Shown: positions 9,335 through 16,664, counted from the stretch's first letter. The stretch is DNA of 62,517 bases from Candidatus Shapirobacteria bacterium (GCA_027039485.1 JALWDZ010000016.1:1-62517); one strand, 5' to 3'. Numbers and translations are program-made. Notes: generated by a model from the letters alone, not told the origin.

Positions 9335-10236
9335 TGGGTTAATTGCTGGAAAACGGTTTCTAACGATTGCCGGCTGGTCTTTAATTGAAGTAGTTGCCAG
9401 CGTGGCTGGCGGCGGATAATTTGCCAGAGAGTATTTTGGAGTTTGTTTAACGGCTGTTGGCTGGTTAATTCAACAGTAAGAACGGCGCCTTGTTTTTGGT
9501 GGCGGACGATAGCAATATGCGCCTTAGCTAGAACCGTCTGGATTGCTTTTAGGGTGGCCCCTTTAACTTGGAGGATGAGAGAGGGCTTTTGGAGAAGCTG
9601 GTTGATGGGCCCGCTGGCAATAATTTTCCCCCGGTGGATGATAACTACCTGTTGGCAAATTGCCTGGACCTCGCTCAGAATATGAGATGAAAAAAGAATT
9701 GTTTTTTTGCTTCGGAGGAGAAATTGGCGCACTTTTTGCTGCTGGTTAGGGTCGAGGCCACTTAGGGGCTCATCGAGAATAACAAGTGAAGGGCGGCCGA
9801 GGAAACTAGCCGCTAAACCGACGCGCTGGCGGTAGCCTTTGGAAAGGTGGCTGAGGGGGCGGGAAAGCTGGTCGGCAAAAAATAATTGCCGGGCCAGCCG
9901 TTGGATATTTGCCCCGAGATGGTTGACGCGGCGGATTTTGCCGATAAAACGGAGATATTCGTGGGGGGTGAGAAAGTCGTAAAGGGGATTGTCTTCGGGG
10001 AGATAACCAAGGTGGAAACGGAAATGCCAGTCGCGAGGCTCAACCGGTTGGCCGCGGAAAAGAATTTGCCCCTGGTTGGCCGCTAAAATGCCGGTGATGA
10101 TGCGCATGGTGGTGGTTTTGCCGGCCCCGTTAGGTCCTAGAAGGCCAGTTATTTTGCCGGCGGGAATTTTAAAAGAAATATCTTTTAGAGCTTGGTGGCG
10201 ACCAAAATTTTTGCTGATATGTTTAAGCTCGAGCAT
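9331..10236 (-). CDS. ABC transporter ATP-binding protein (GldA-like)
   Basis: Walker A GPNGAGKTT, signature LSKGYRQR, Walker B LVILDEP. The start is taken as ATG 10236 (MLELKHISKNF); the track ORF extends to 10275. Confidence 0.85.
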   Translation of the reverse strand: MLELKHISKNFGRHQALKDISFKIPAGKITGLLGPNGAGKTTTMRIITGILAANQGQILFRGQPVEPRDWHFRFHLGYLPEDNPLYDFLTPHEYLRFIGKIRRVNHLGANIQRLARQLFFADQLSRPLSHLSKGYRQRVGLAASFLGRPSLVILDEPLSGLDPNQQQKVRQFLLRSKKTILFSSHILSEVQAICQQVVIIHRGKIIASGPINQLLQKPSLILQVKGATLKAIQTVLAKAHIAIVRHQKQGAVLTVELTSQQPLNKLQNTLWQIIRRQPRWQLLQLKTSRQSLETVFQQLTQ

Positions 10237-10278
10237 TCTAGAATGTTTTATAGCAGATTTTCGTTTGCCGGGCAACTC

Positions 10279-11163
10279 TTAAAAGTGCTCTGGCCAGTGG
10301 GGGTCGGTTTGGACAATTAGATGGAGAAAAACTTTTTTATTGGTGATGAGCTCAATTTCTTTGCGAGCCAAAGTGCCAATTTGTTTTAAAGTGGTGCCAT
10401 TTTTGCCGATAACCATTTTTCGGTAGCGGTCGTTGATTACCAAAATTTCTCCTTCGATGCGGAACATTTTTTCTTCCTCTTTAATTTGGTTGATTTTAAC
10501 GGTGAGAATGTAGGGGACTTCCTGGCGGAGGGTAAGAAAGGCTTTCTCACGGATAATTTCGGCAATAAATTTTTCCGGACTAAGATCAGGCGATTTTTGG
10601 CTCTGAAATTGTTGGGGGTCAAAAAGAGGGGTGGCGGCTAAAGGCAGGTGGAGAAAAATTTGTTCCCGGAGGGTTTCTAAATGGGTGCCCTGAAGGGCGG
10701 AAACAGCTACCGTGGCCGAAAATTCATCGCTAAACACTTCATATTGGTAACGGTAATTGGGCTCCTTAATGTCAATTTTATTGAAAACGAGAATTTTAGG
10801 CTTGGGAAATTGGCGAACCCGGCCGAGAATAATATTTTCTTCGGGGCCGCGGGGACGGCTTTGGTCAATAACATAAAGGGCTAAATCAGCCATTTCCAAG
10901 CTTTGCTTGAGGGAAGTGTTAATTTTTTTATTAAGAAACGGGGCCCGGCGGTGGAAAAGGCCGGGGGTGTCCCAGAAAATAATTTGTCCCCGCTCGTCCC
11001 AATAAACCGCCCGGAGAGTTTCCCGGGTAGTTTGGGGGCGGGGGGTAACGATAGAAACTTTCTGCCCCACTAAAGCATTGATAAGGGTGGATTTGCCGGC
11101 GTTGGGGCGACCAACGACAGCCACCTGGCCGGCTCGGAATTGGTTTGGTGTTTTCTGGGCCAT
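10279..11163 (-). CDS. era: GTPase Era
   Basis: G1 GRPNAGKST, G3 DTPG, G4 NKID, and a C-terminal KH domain (…VIGKNGTTLKQIG…). Confidence 0.9.
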   Translation of the reverse strand: MAQKTPNQFRAGQVAVVGRPNAGKSTLINALVGQKVSIVTPRPQTTRETLRAVYWDERGQIIFWDTPGLFHRRAPFLNKKINTSLKQSLEMADLALYVIDQSRPRGPEENIILGRVRQFPKPKILVFNKIDIKEPNYRYQYEVFSDEFSATVAVSALQGTHLETLREQIFLHLPLAATPLFDPQQFQSQKSPDLSPEKFIAEIIREKAFLTLRQEVPYILTVKINQIKEEEKMFRIEGEILVINDRYRKMVIGKNGTTLKQIGTLARKEIELITNKKVFLHLIVQTDPHWPEHF

Positions 11164-11191
11164 TTGTTATACTCGGAAAGATTATAGCAAT

Positions 11192-11220
11192 TTGACGGCT
11201 AGCAGTCTATATGTTAAACT
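11192..11220 (+). promoter_or_regulatory. Sigma70-like promoter of lon (TTGACG-17-TAAACT)
   Basis: TTGACG at 11192-11197, a 17-nt spacer, then TGtTAAACT ending at 11220. The lon ATG at 11229 lies only 8 nt after the -10 box and has no Shine-Dalgarno sequence. Confidence 0.55.
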
Positions 11221-11228
11221 GCTAAAAA

Positions 11229-13616
11229 ATGATTCTAAAACCGCAATTAAGCGAAAATAAAATCAATATTTTGCCTCTCATTCCCTTGCGTAATGTGGTG
11301 CCTTTCCCCCACGTGGAGCTCAATCTAGTCTTTGGCCGACCACGGACAGTGGCTGCCTTGAATTCAGCTATGCAAGGCCCCAAAAAGGTGATTTTGGTGG
11401 CGCAAAAGAAGCCAGAACTAGAATCTGTCGGTTGGGACGATATCTACCATTTGGGAGTCTTAGCCGAGGTGCGCCAGGTTTTCCAAGCCGATGGCACTCT
11501 TCATGCAGTTGTCCAAGGATTGCGGCGGGTGGGGCTTTTGGAATTAGTCGCTGGTGATGAGTTTGACCAGGTGAAATTTGTGGAGTTGGAAGAAAAGCCT
11601 GATAATAGCCGAGAAGTCCAACTAAAGGCAGCCCATTTAGCCCGGGAATTGCGGCGAGCTTTTAGCCTGGGTAAAGGCCTGGAACCCCTTTTGATGCTCA
11701 AGTTAACCAGTGGTTTGCCTTTGCCAGAGCTGCTGGATCAGGCAAGTTTTGCCCTGGATGCTTCGGTGGCTGAAAAGCAAAAGTTATTGGAGACTCTTTC
11801 TTGGTCGCAACGCTTAGATCTCCTCATTGAATTATTGGGGCGGGAAATTCAGGTTTTGGAATTAGAACAAAAGATTGAGAAAAAGACACGGACCCGCTTT
11901 GAAGAGCATATGAAAAAGACGGTATTAGAGGAGAAAAAGAGAACTATCGAAGATGAGTTGAAAAGCTTAGGGGTGCGCGACAAGACCGATCCTTTGGCAG
12001 AATTGCGCCAGAAATTGCAAAAGGCTAAATTGCCGGCAGCGGTGCGCAAAAAAGCTAATTATGAGTTGAAACGCCTCCAGCAAATGCCGCCCTTTGCTCC
12101 CGAAGCAAGTTATATTCGTACCTATCTGGAAACTTTGGCGGCGTTGCCCTGGGAACCGGCTAAACAGAAGGCTATTTCTTTGAAAAAAGCAGCCCGGATT
12201 TTGAATCAAGACCATTATGGCTTGCGGGAGGTAAAAGCGCGGATTTTGGAATATTTGGCGGTGATGGAGTTGCGCAAGAAGGAGAAGCAGAAGAAGAGAA
12301 AGGGGCAAAAAGCGGAAAAAGGTCCGGCCAACATTCTTTGCTTTATTGGCCCGCCAGGGGTGGGGAAAACCTCATTGGGGCAATCTATTGCCCGGGCCCT
12401 GGGACGAAAGTTTGTCCGGGTTTCTTTGGGAGGCATTCGGGATGAAGCGGAAATCAAAGGGCACCGGCGCACCTATGTTGGGGCGATGCCGGGGCGAATT
12501 ATTCAGGGGATTAAAACCGCCGGAACTAAAAACTTGGTTTTTATGCTTGATGAAGTTGATAAAATTGGCACCGATTTCCGTGGCGATCCGGCGGCAGCTT
12601 TGTTGGAAGTTCTCGATCCCGAACAAAATAAGAACTTTTCTGACCATTATCTCGAAGTGCCTTACGATCTTTCCGACGTTTTCTTTATCTTGACCGGCAA
12701 TATGGTGGATACTATTCCGGCCGCCTTGCGCGACCGTTTAGAAATTATTCACTTTTCCAGCTATACGGCTGAGGAAAAATTACAGATTGCCAAAAAATAT
12801 TTAATCCCTAAGCAGTTGAAAAATCATGGCTTGGAGGGCTATAAAATTCACTTCCAAGATGACGCTCTCCGCCTAATTATCCAAGATTACACTTATGAAG
12901 CGGGGGTCCGTAATTTGGAGCGGGCGATTGCCAAAATTTGCCGCCGGCTGGCGCGGCGGATTGCCGAGAAGAAACCTTATCCGCGAGAGATAACTAAGAT
13001 GGTAGTGCGGCGCTTTTTGGGGCCGAAGGAATTTAACCATGCTTTAAGGGAGCGCAAAAGCGAGGTTGGGGTGGCGACTGGCCTGGCCTGGACTCAGGCG
13101 GGCGGGGAAATTCTTTTTGTAGAGGTTGCTCTGATGCCTGGTGATGGCAAGATTTATTTGACCGGAAAATTGGGAGAAGTGATGCAAGAGTCAGCCCGAG
13201 CGGCTATCTCCTATATTCGCAGCCATTGGCAAATGTTGGGGGTGAAGAAAAATTTCTTTAAAAATTTAGACATCCATATCCATGTTCCCGAAGGGGCGGT
13301 ACCTAAGGACGGGCCGTCGGCCGGAGTAACCATTGCCACTGCTTTATTATCGGCGTTGACTAAAAAGAAAGTGCGGGCTGATGTCGGAATGACGGGAGAA
13401 ATTACTTTGCGAGGGAAGGTTTTGGAAATTGGCGGAGTAAAGGAAAAGGTGTTGGCTGCCCACCGGGCCGGCTTGAAGACCATTATTTTGCCTAAGGCAA
13501 ACAAGAAGGATGTTAGCAAAATCCCAGCTAAGGTGCGCAAATCACTCCAGTTTATCTTTGTCGAAACCCTTGACCAGGTCTTCCAGATAGCGTTTACAAC
13601 CAGCCCAAAAGCATAA
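11229..13616 (+). CDS. lon: ATP-dependent Lon protease
   Basis: N-terminal LON domain, AAA+ Walker A GPPGVGKTS, and a proteolytic Ser-Lys dyad (PKDGPSAGVT … GGVKEKVLAA). Confidence 0.95.
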   Translation: MILKPQLSENKINILPLIPLRNVVPFPHVELNLVFGRPRTVAALNSAMQGPKKVILVAQKKPELESVGWDDIYHLGVLAEVRQVFQADGTLHAVVQGLRRVGLLELVAGDEFDQVKFVELEEKPDNSREVQLKAAHLARELRRAFSLGKGLEPLLMLKLTSGLPLPELLDQASFALDASVAEKQKLLETLSWSQRLDLLIELLGREIQVLELEQKIEKKTRTRFEEHMKKTVLEEKKRTIEDELKSLGVRDKTDPLAELRQKLQKAKLPAAVRKKANYELKRLQQMPPFAPEASYIRTYLETLAALPWEPAKQKAISLKKAARILNQDHYGLREVKARILEYLAVMELRKKEKQKKRKGQKAEKGPANILCFIGPPGVGKTSLGQSIARALGRKFVRVSLGGIRDEAEIKGHRRTYVGAMPGRIIQGIKTAGTKNLVFMLDEVDKIGTDFRGDPAAALLEVLDPEQNKNFSDHYLEVPYDLSDVFFILTGNMVDTIPAALRDRLEIIHFSSYTAEEKLQIAKKYLIPKQLKNHGLEGYKIHFQDDALRLIIQDYTYEAGVRNLERAIAKICRRLARRIAEKKPYPREITKMVVRRFLGPKEFNHALRERKSEVGVATGLAWTQAGGEILFVEVALMPGDGKIYLTGKLGEVMQESARAAISYIRSHWQMLGVKKNFFKNLDIHIHVPEGAVPKDGPSAGVTIATALLSALTKKKVRADVGMTGEITLRGKVLEIGGVKEKVLAAHRAGLKTIILPKANKKDVSKIPAKVRKSLQFIFVETLDQVFQIAFTTSPKA

Positions 13617-13631
13617 ATTTTGGCCAAAAAA

Positions 13632-13733
13632 AGAGCCTGAAGATTTACGAGAATAAAAAGAAGAAAAGAGTGGTTTTATGTTGCGCTCGTTGCAACGTGT
13701 CTTTTTCCTTTTTTATTCTCTACTTCAGGCTTT
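13632..13733. other. Long imperfect hairpin (about 100 nt) between lon and the small GC-rich ORF; possible bidirectional terminator or structured RNA
   Basis: agcctgaag…gagaataaaaag…aaaagag pairs with ctttttcc…tttttattctc…cttcaggct, with a small tip hairpin gttgc/gcaac. On the minus strand the hairpin is followed by a T7 run (13625-13631 on the plus strand is A7). Confidence 0.55.
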
Positions 13734-13857
13734 CTTGCACTTTTGACTCGAAGACTAAATCCACAAAGTGGATTTACTAAAAGAAACGACTGATAACGGA
13801 ACCAACCGTACCCTTTCGGGCCCCTCCTTGCTTGAGGTTTAAGATATTATTTTATTC

Positions 13858-14115
13858 TCACTCAATTGTTCCATGAAAAATCCGTCTGCCGTCGGGCATT
13901 TGCCAGTACCACTCCGACTGTTCGCCCTCTTGGACGAAATCGACCTTCTCGCCACGTCGCCGTGCAAGAGTAACTTCGCCAGGAATCCAGCGCGCGCCGT
14001 TTCGAAAATCGTCTACGTCTGACTGTGGCATCATGGCACCTACATCACGGCCTTGTTCGCCACCAAGGGCGTTAGCCAGCGCTGCAAAAGCAGCCATGAA
14101 ATCATCCCGCTCCAT
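13858..14115 (-). CDS. Hypothetical small acidic protein (85 aa), compositionally atypical
   Basis: Strong SD (AAGGAGGTG) 5 nt upstream of the ATG. Hand-counted G+C is about 56%, against about 45% in sampled neighbouring genes. No family recognised. Confidence 0.6.
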   Translation of the reverse strand: MERDDFMAAFAALANALGGEQGRDVGAMMPQSDVDDFRNGARWIPGEVTLARRRGEKVDFVQEGEQSEWYWQMPDGRRIFHGTIE

Positions 14116-14304
14116 CGAAACACCTCCTTTTAGATTTTAGATTATTTTTACTACCCCCCGAATGGATAGCTTTCTGAACACTATCGGGTAATGTCCAGGA
14201 AGCTACCCACTCGGGTAAGGAGGCGGTTTTGGGCTGACTGTAAAAGTGCAAGAATGTAACAAAAACAAATGTTGCACAGCCTTTTGTACTTATTTGTTTT
14301 TGTT
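14116..14304 (-). promoter_or_regulatory. Long structured 5' leader of the 85-aa ORF
   Basis: On the minus strand, in order: a perfect 13-bp 5'-terminal hairpin (14258-14270 / 14292-14304); a 13-nt arm (14242-14254) complementary to 13732-13744 in the 3' UTR; CCGCCTCCTTA (14216-14226), which is complementary to the SD (14123-14129); and a hairpin of about 59 nt (14157-14215). Confidence 0.5.
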
Positions 14305-14309
14305 GAGCA

Positions 14310-14338
14310 AGTATAACATACTATAGGTTGTTTTGCAA
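14310..14338 (-). promoter_or_regulatory. Sigma70-like promoter (TTGCAA-17-TATACT) reading towards the 85-aa ORF
   Basis: On the minus strand: TTGCAA at 14338-14333, an exact 17-nt spacer, and TATACT at 14315-14310. Confidence 0.5.
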
Positions 14339-14355
14339 CTCAAAGTGGGGATGGC

Positions 14356-14431
14356 TGGTGACCCCACCCGGATTCGAACCGGGGTTTTCGCCGTGAGAGG
14401 GCGATGTCCTAAACCGCTAGACGATGGGGCC
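14356..14431 (-). tRNA. tRNA-Glu (anticodon CUC), CCA encoded
   Basis: Manual cloverleaf: acceptor GGCCCCA/TGGGGTC, D stem GTCT/GGAC, anticodon arm TCGCC-CTCTCAC-GGCGA, 4-nt variable loop, T arm CCCGG-TTCGAAT-CCGGG, discriminator A, then CCA. 76 nt. Confidence 0.9.
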
Positions 14432-14486
14432 GGTGAATTATTTTAGCATAATGAGAGATGCGGCCGAGCTGGCAGCAAATAAAAAA

Positions 14487-14731
14487 GGAGCTAGGAATAA
14501 TAAATCCTAAATCCTAATGACCAAAATCCTAAACAAATCCAAAATTCAAATGATCAAATAACCAAAACAAAGGAAAAAGATAAAGAAAAAGAAATGTTTT
14601 GAACATTTGAATTTTGGTCATTTGGTAATTGTTTAGAATTTAGGATTTAGGATTTTGGTAATTAGAATTTATTTGTAATTTGGTGCTTGGAATTTGGAAT
14701 TTTCCTGTGTAGGCAGGGAATTTGGGATTTT
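14487..14731. repeat. Long low-complexity hairpin element, copy B
   Basis: aaatcctaaatcctaatgaccaaaatcctaaacaaatccaaaattcaaatg… is mirrored by …catttgaattttggtcatttggtaattgtttagaatttaggatttagg. About 90% identical to copy D over roughly 70 nt by eye. Ends with cctgtgtaggcaggg. Confidence 0.75.
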
Positions 14732-14752
14732 TCAAAATCAGTGTAATTTTGA

Positions 14753-15469
14753 ATGTTACAATTGGCTATGAAAAAAATCCGCTTAGTTTTGCGCCGTTGG
14801 TTCCATCCCCGCCTAAGCAATAAAACGGTTAAAGTAGGGAAAAAGAAACCTGCCCTCTTGTTTTACAATCCGCCACCTCAGCGGGCTTTTATCTTTGGCG
14901 CGGGGACAGGCTTTATTTTTTTGGGCCTCATCCTGGCCGTTATTTGGTATTTCCCCCTTTTGACTGCTTTCTGGCATTATAAATTTTCCCCGCCACCGTC
15001 GATACCGACAAACAAGAAAATTGCCAAAATTGACTACCAGAACTTTTTTATCTTTATCCCCAAGATCAAAGCTAAAGCAAAAGTTTTTGCCAACACCCCG
15101 GTAGACGACCGCCAAGTTTATATGAAAGTCCTGCACCAGGGAGTGGCCCATGCTAAGGGGACAAGCTTCCCTGGCCAAGGTGGGGTTATTTACCTTTTTG
15201 CCCATTCGACTAATAGCCCTTTTTACGCTACCCGGCTTAACGCTGTTTTCATGCTTCTCCATTATCTCCAGCCGGGCGATTTGGTGGTCATCTATTTTAG
15301 CGGCCGGCAGTATCGTTATCGGGTGGTGAAAAAATTGATTGTTAGCCCTCACGACGTCCAATACCTTCATTTCCGCCCTCTTGATGGCCGGGAAACTTTA
15401 ATTTTACAAACTTGTTATCCGCCGGGTACCACCTGGAAGCGCCTTCTTGTTTTTGCCACCAGAGTTTGA
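14753..15469 (+). CDS. Sortase family transpeptidase
   Basis: N-terminal TM; catalytic His (VIYLFAHS), TLxTC box (TLILQTCYP) and conserved Arg (RLLVFATR). An alternative start is at 14768. Confidence 0.85.
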   Translation: MLQLAMKKIRLVLRRWFHPRLSNKTVKVGKKKPALLFYNPPPQRAFIFGAGTGFIFLGLILAVIWYFPLLTAFWHYKFSPPPSIPTNKKIAKIDYQNFFIFIPKIKAKAKVFANTPVDDRQVYMKVLHQGVAHAKGTSFPGQGGVIYLFAHSTNSPFYATRLNAVFMLLHYLQPGDLVVIYFSGRQYRYRVVKKLIVSPHDVQYLHFRPLDGRETLILQTCYPPGTTWKRLLVFATRV

Positions 15470-15493
15470 CAATTCTTCCGCTTGTGTTATAAT
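15466..15493 (+). promoter_or_regulatory. Near-consensus sigma70 promoter (TTGACA-16-TGtTATAAT) for the DUF11/LPQAG protein
   Basis: TTGACA at 15466-15471 overlaps the sortase stop codon. A 16-nt spacer is followed by an extended -10, TGtTATAAT, ending at 15493. Confidence 0.6.
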
Positions 15494-15510
15494 ACCTATA
15501 ATTAGAGATT

Positions 15511-16137
15511 ATGTCTGATCAAACAATGAAAAAATTAATAGCTATTTTGTTTTCGGCAATTTTTGTTTTTGCCTTTGGCTTAATGCCAATAACCAGCCGG
15601 GCCTACATTTATAATAATGGCCAGCCCGGATCCCAGTTGGTGGTTGATAAGCAGATTAAAGCAGTAACCGACAACAATTGGCATGAAAATTTAGCCAGTC
15701 CAATTTTTCACCGCGGCGATTTGATCGACTTTCGGATTATTGTCCGCAACAGTGGCGACCAAGATTTGCACAATATTCAAGTGCGTGATAATTTGCCAAA
15801 TTATGTCGTCCCTATCTTTTATCCGGGTGATTATAATGCTAGCCAAGAGGCTATTAGCTGGCAGATTGACCAACTTTCAGCTGGCCAGGAAGTGGTGAAA
15901 ACTTTGCGGGTTCAGGTAGATAAAAAGGCGAACTTGCCTAACCAACCGTTGGCCCTGACCAATCAGGTGGTGGCCAGCAACGGTAACTTGAGCGACAACG
16001 ACCAGGCGTCCTTTAAAGTAGCCGCTAAAAATTTGCCCCAGGCAGGCGGTAATATAGCTGTTTCCGGGGGAATAATTTTTGGCCTTTTAGCTCTAGGATA
16101 TCTGGCCCGCAAATTTGGCCGCGGCGAACTGTTCTGA
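15511..16137 (+). CDS. Surface protein with a DUF11-like repeat domain and an LPXTG-type sorting signal (LPQAG)
   Basis: Signal peptide, a DUF11-like core (FRIIVRNSGDQDLHNIQVRDNLP), and a C-terminal LPQAG motif followed by a hydrophobic stretch and a basic tail (ARKFGRG). Confidence 0.8.
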   Translation: MSDQTMKKLIAILFSAIFVFAFGLMPITSRAYIYNNGQPGSQLVVDKQIKAVTDNNWHENLASPIFHRGDLIDFRIIVRNSGDQDLHNIQVRDNLPNYVVPIFYPGDYNASQEAISWQIDQLSAGQEVVKTLRVQVDKKANLPNQPLALTNQVVASNGNLSDNDQASFKVAAKNLPQAGGNIAVSGGIIFGLLALGYLARKFGRGELF

Positions 16138-16281
16138 GTTTGCTGTTTTGCCTAATTGAAAAATCGGGCTGAAATTACCAGCGAGTCTTATTTATTATTC
16201 CTCTTCCAGTCATTCTAAGTATTAGCAAAGTCCCAAAACGTAATGTTGGGGTTTGTGATTTAATTGTTTAGTTGTGCCCTC

Positions 16282-16454
16282 GTCATCCTGAACGAAGCCG
16301 AAGGCGGAGTGAAGCCCCAAGACGTTCCGCCTCCGCCAGCTGGCGGACGTCGGGGTAAAGATCTAGCGAAGCGCAATTCTATTACTTAAATTTGACGAGA
16401 TAACACTCATGCGCCTTCGGCTAGATCCTTCGTCGCTTCGCTCCTCAGGATGAC
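16282..16454. repeat. GC-rich hairpin-module element bounded by GTCATCCTGA / TCAGGATGAC inverted termini, copy 1
   Basis: gtcatcctgaacgaagccgaaggcg … cgccttcggctagatccttcgtcgcttcgctcctcaggatgac. It contains ccgccagctggcggacgtcgggg, which is also present in element A (2080-2102). Confidence 0.7.
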
Positions 16455-16522
16455 ACAGGGTTGAAATTAATATTGGGTTAGATAAGAACTCTCTTCTGAT
16501 CCGATTTTTAATTGACTTTTGC

Positions 16523-16551
16523 TTGACAGGGGAAAAGCGGCATTTTATACT
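16523..16551 (+). promoter_or_regulatory. Consensus-like sigma70 promoter (TTGACA-17-TATACT) upstream of the greA leader
   Basis: TTGACA at 16523-16528, a 17-nt spacer, and TATACT at 16546-16551. Confidence 0.6.
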
Positions 16552-16560
16552 ATCTTCACG

Positions 16561-16614
16561 ATGTGCAATTCCCAGTATTTGTGGTATTTTGGCCTTTGTA
16601 TTTCTTGCCCCTAG
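16561..16614 (+). CDS. Candidate 17-aa leader peptide (MCNSQYLWYFGLCISCP) of the greA attenuator
   Basis: The ATG lies 9 nt after the -10 box with no SD (leaderless-type). The TAG stop (16612-16614) overlaps the first strand of the antiterminator. Not in the ORF track because it is under 60 aa. Confidence 0.35.
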   Translation: MCNSQYLWYFGLCISCP

Positions 16615-16641
16615 CGGGGTAATGGCTAAGATTTAGTTGTT

Positions 16642-16664
16642 ACCCCGCTGCAGCGGGGTTTTTT
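16642..16664 (+). terminator. Intrinsic terminator in the greA leader
   Basis: ACCCCGC-TGCA-GCGGGGT stem-loop followed by a T run (16659-16664), 20 nt before the greA start. Confidence 0.7.

Noticed and set aside
13617-14355. That the structured cassette is a retron, a group I/II intron or an integrase-borne islet.
   Set aside because: No reverse transcriptase, maturase, homing endonuclease or integrase ORF lies in or next to it. No duplication of the tRNA-Glu 3' end (att-like direct repeat) was found by eye. The 85-aa ORF has a normal SD.
16556-16664. That the transcript of about 105 nt from the 16523 promoter is SRP (4.5S) RNA or another housekeeping small RNA.
   Set aside because: I could not find the conserved SRP domain IV motifs (GGAA/AGCA symmetric-loop context) or any tmRNA or 6S hallmarks. 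The A:B:C alternative pairing immediately upstream of greA fits a cis-acting leader better.
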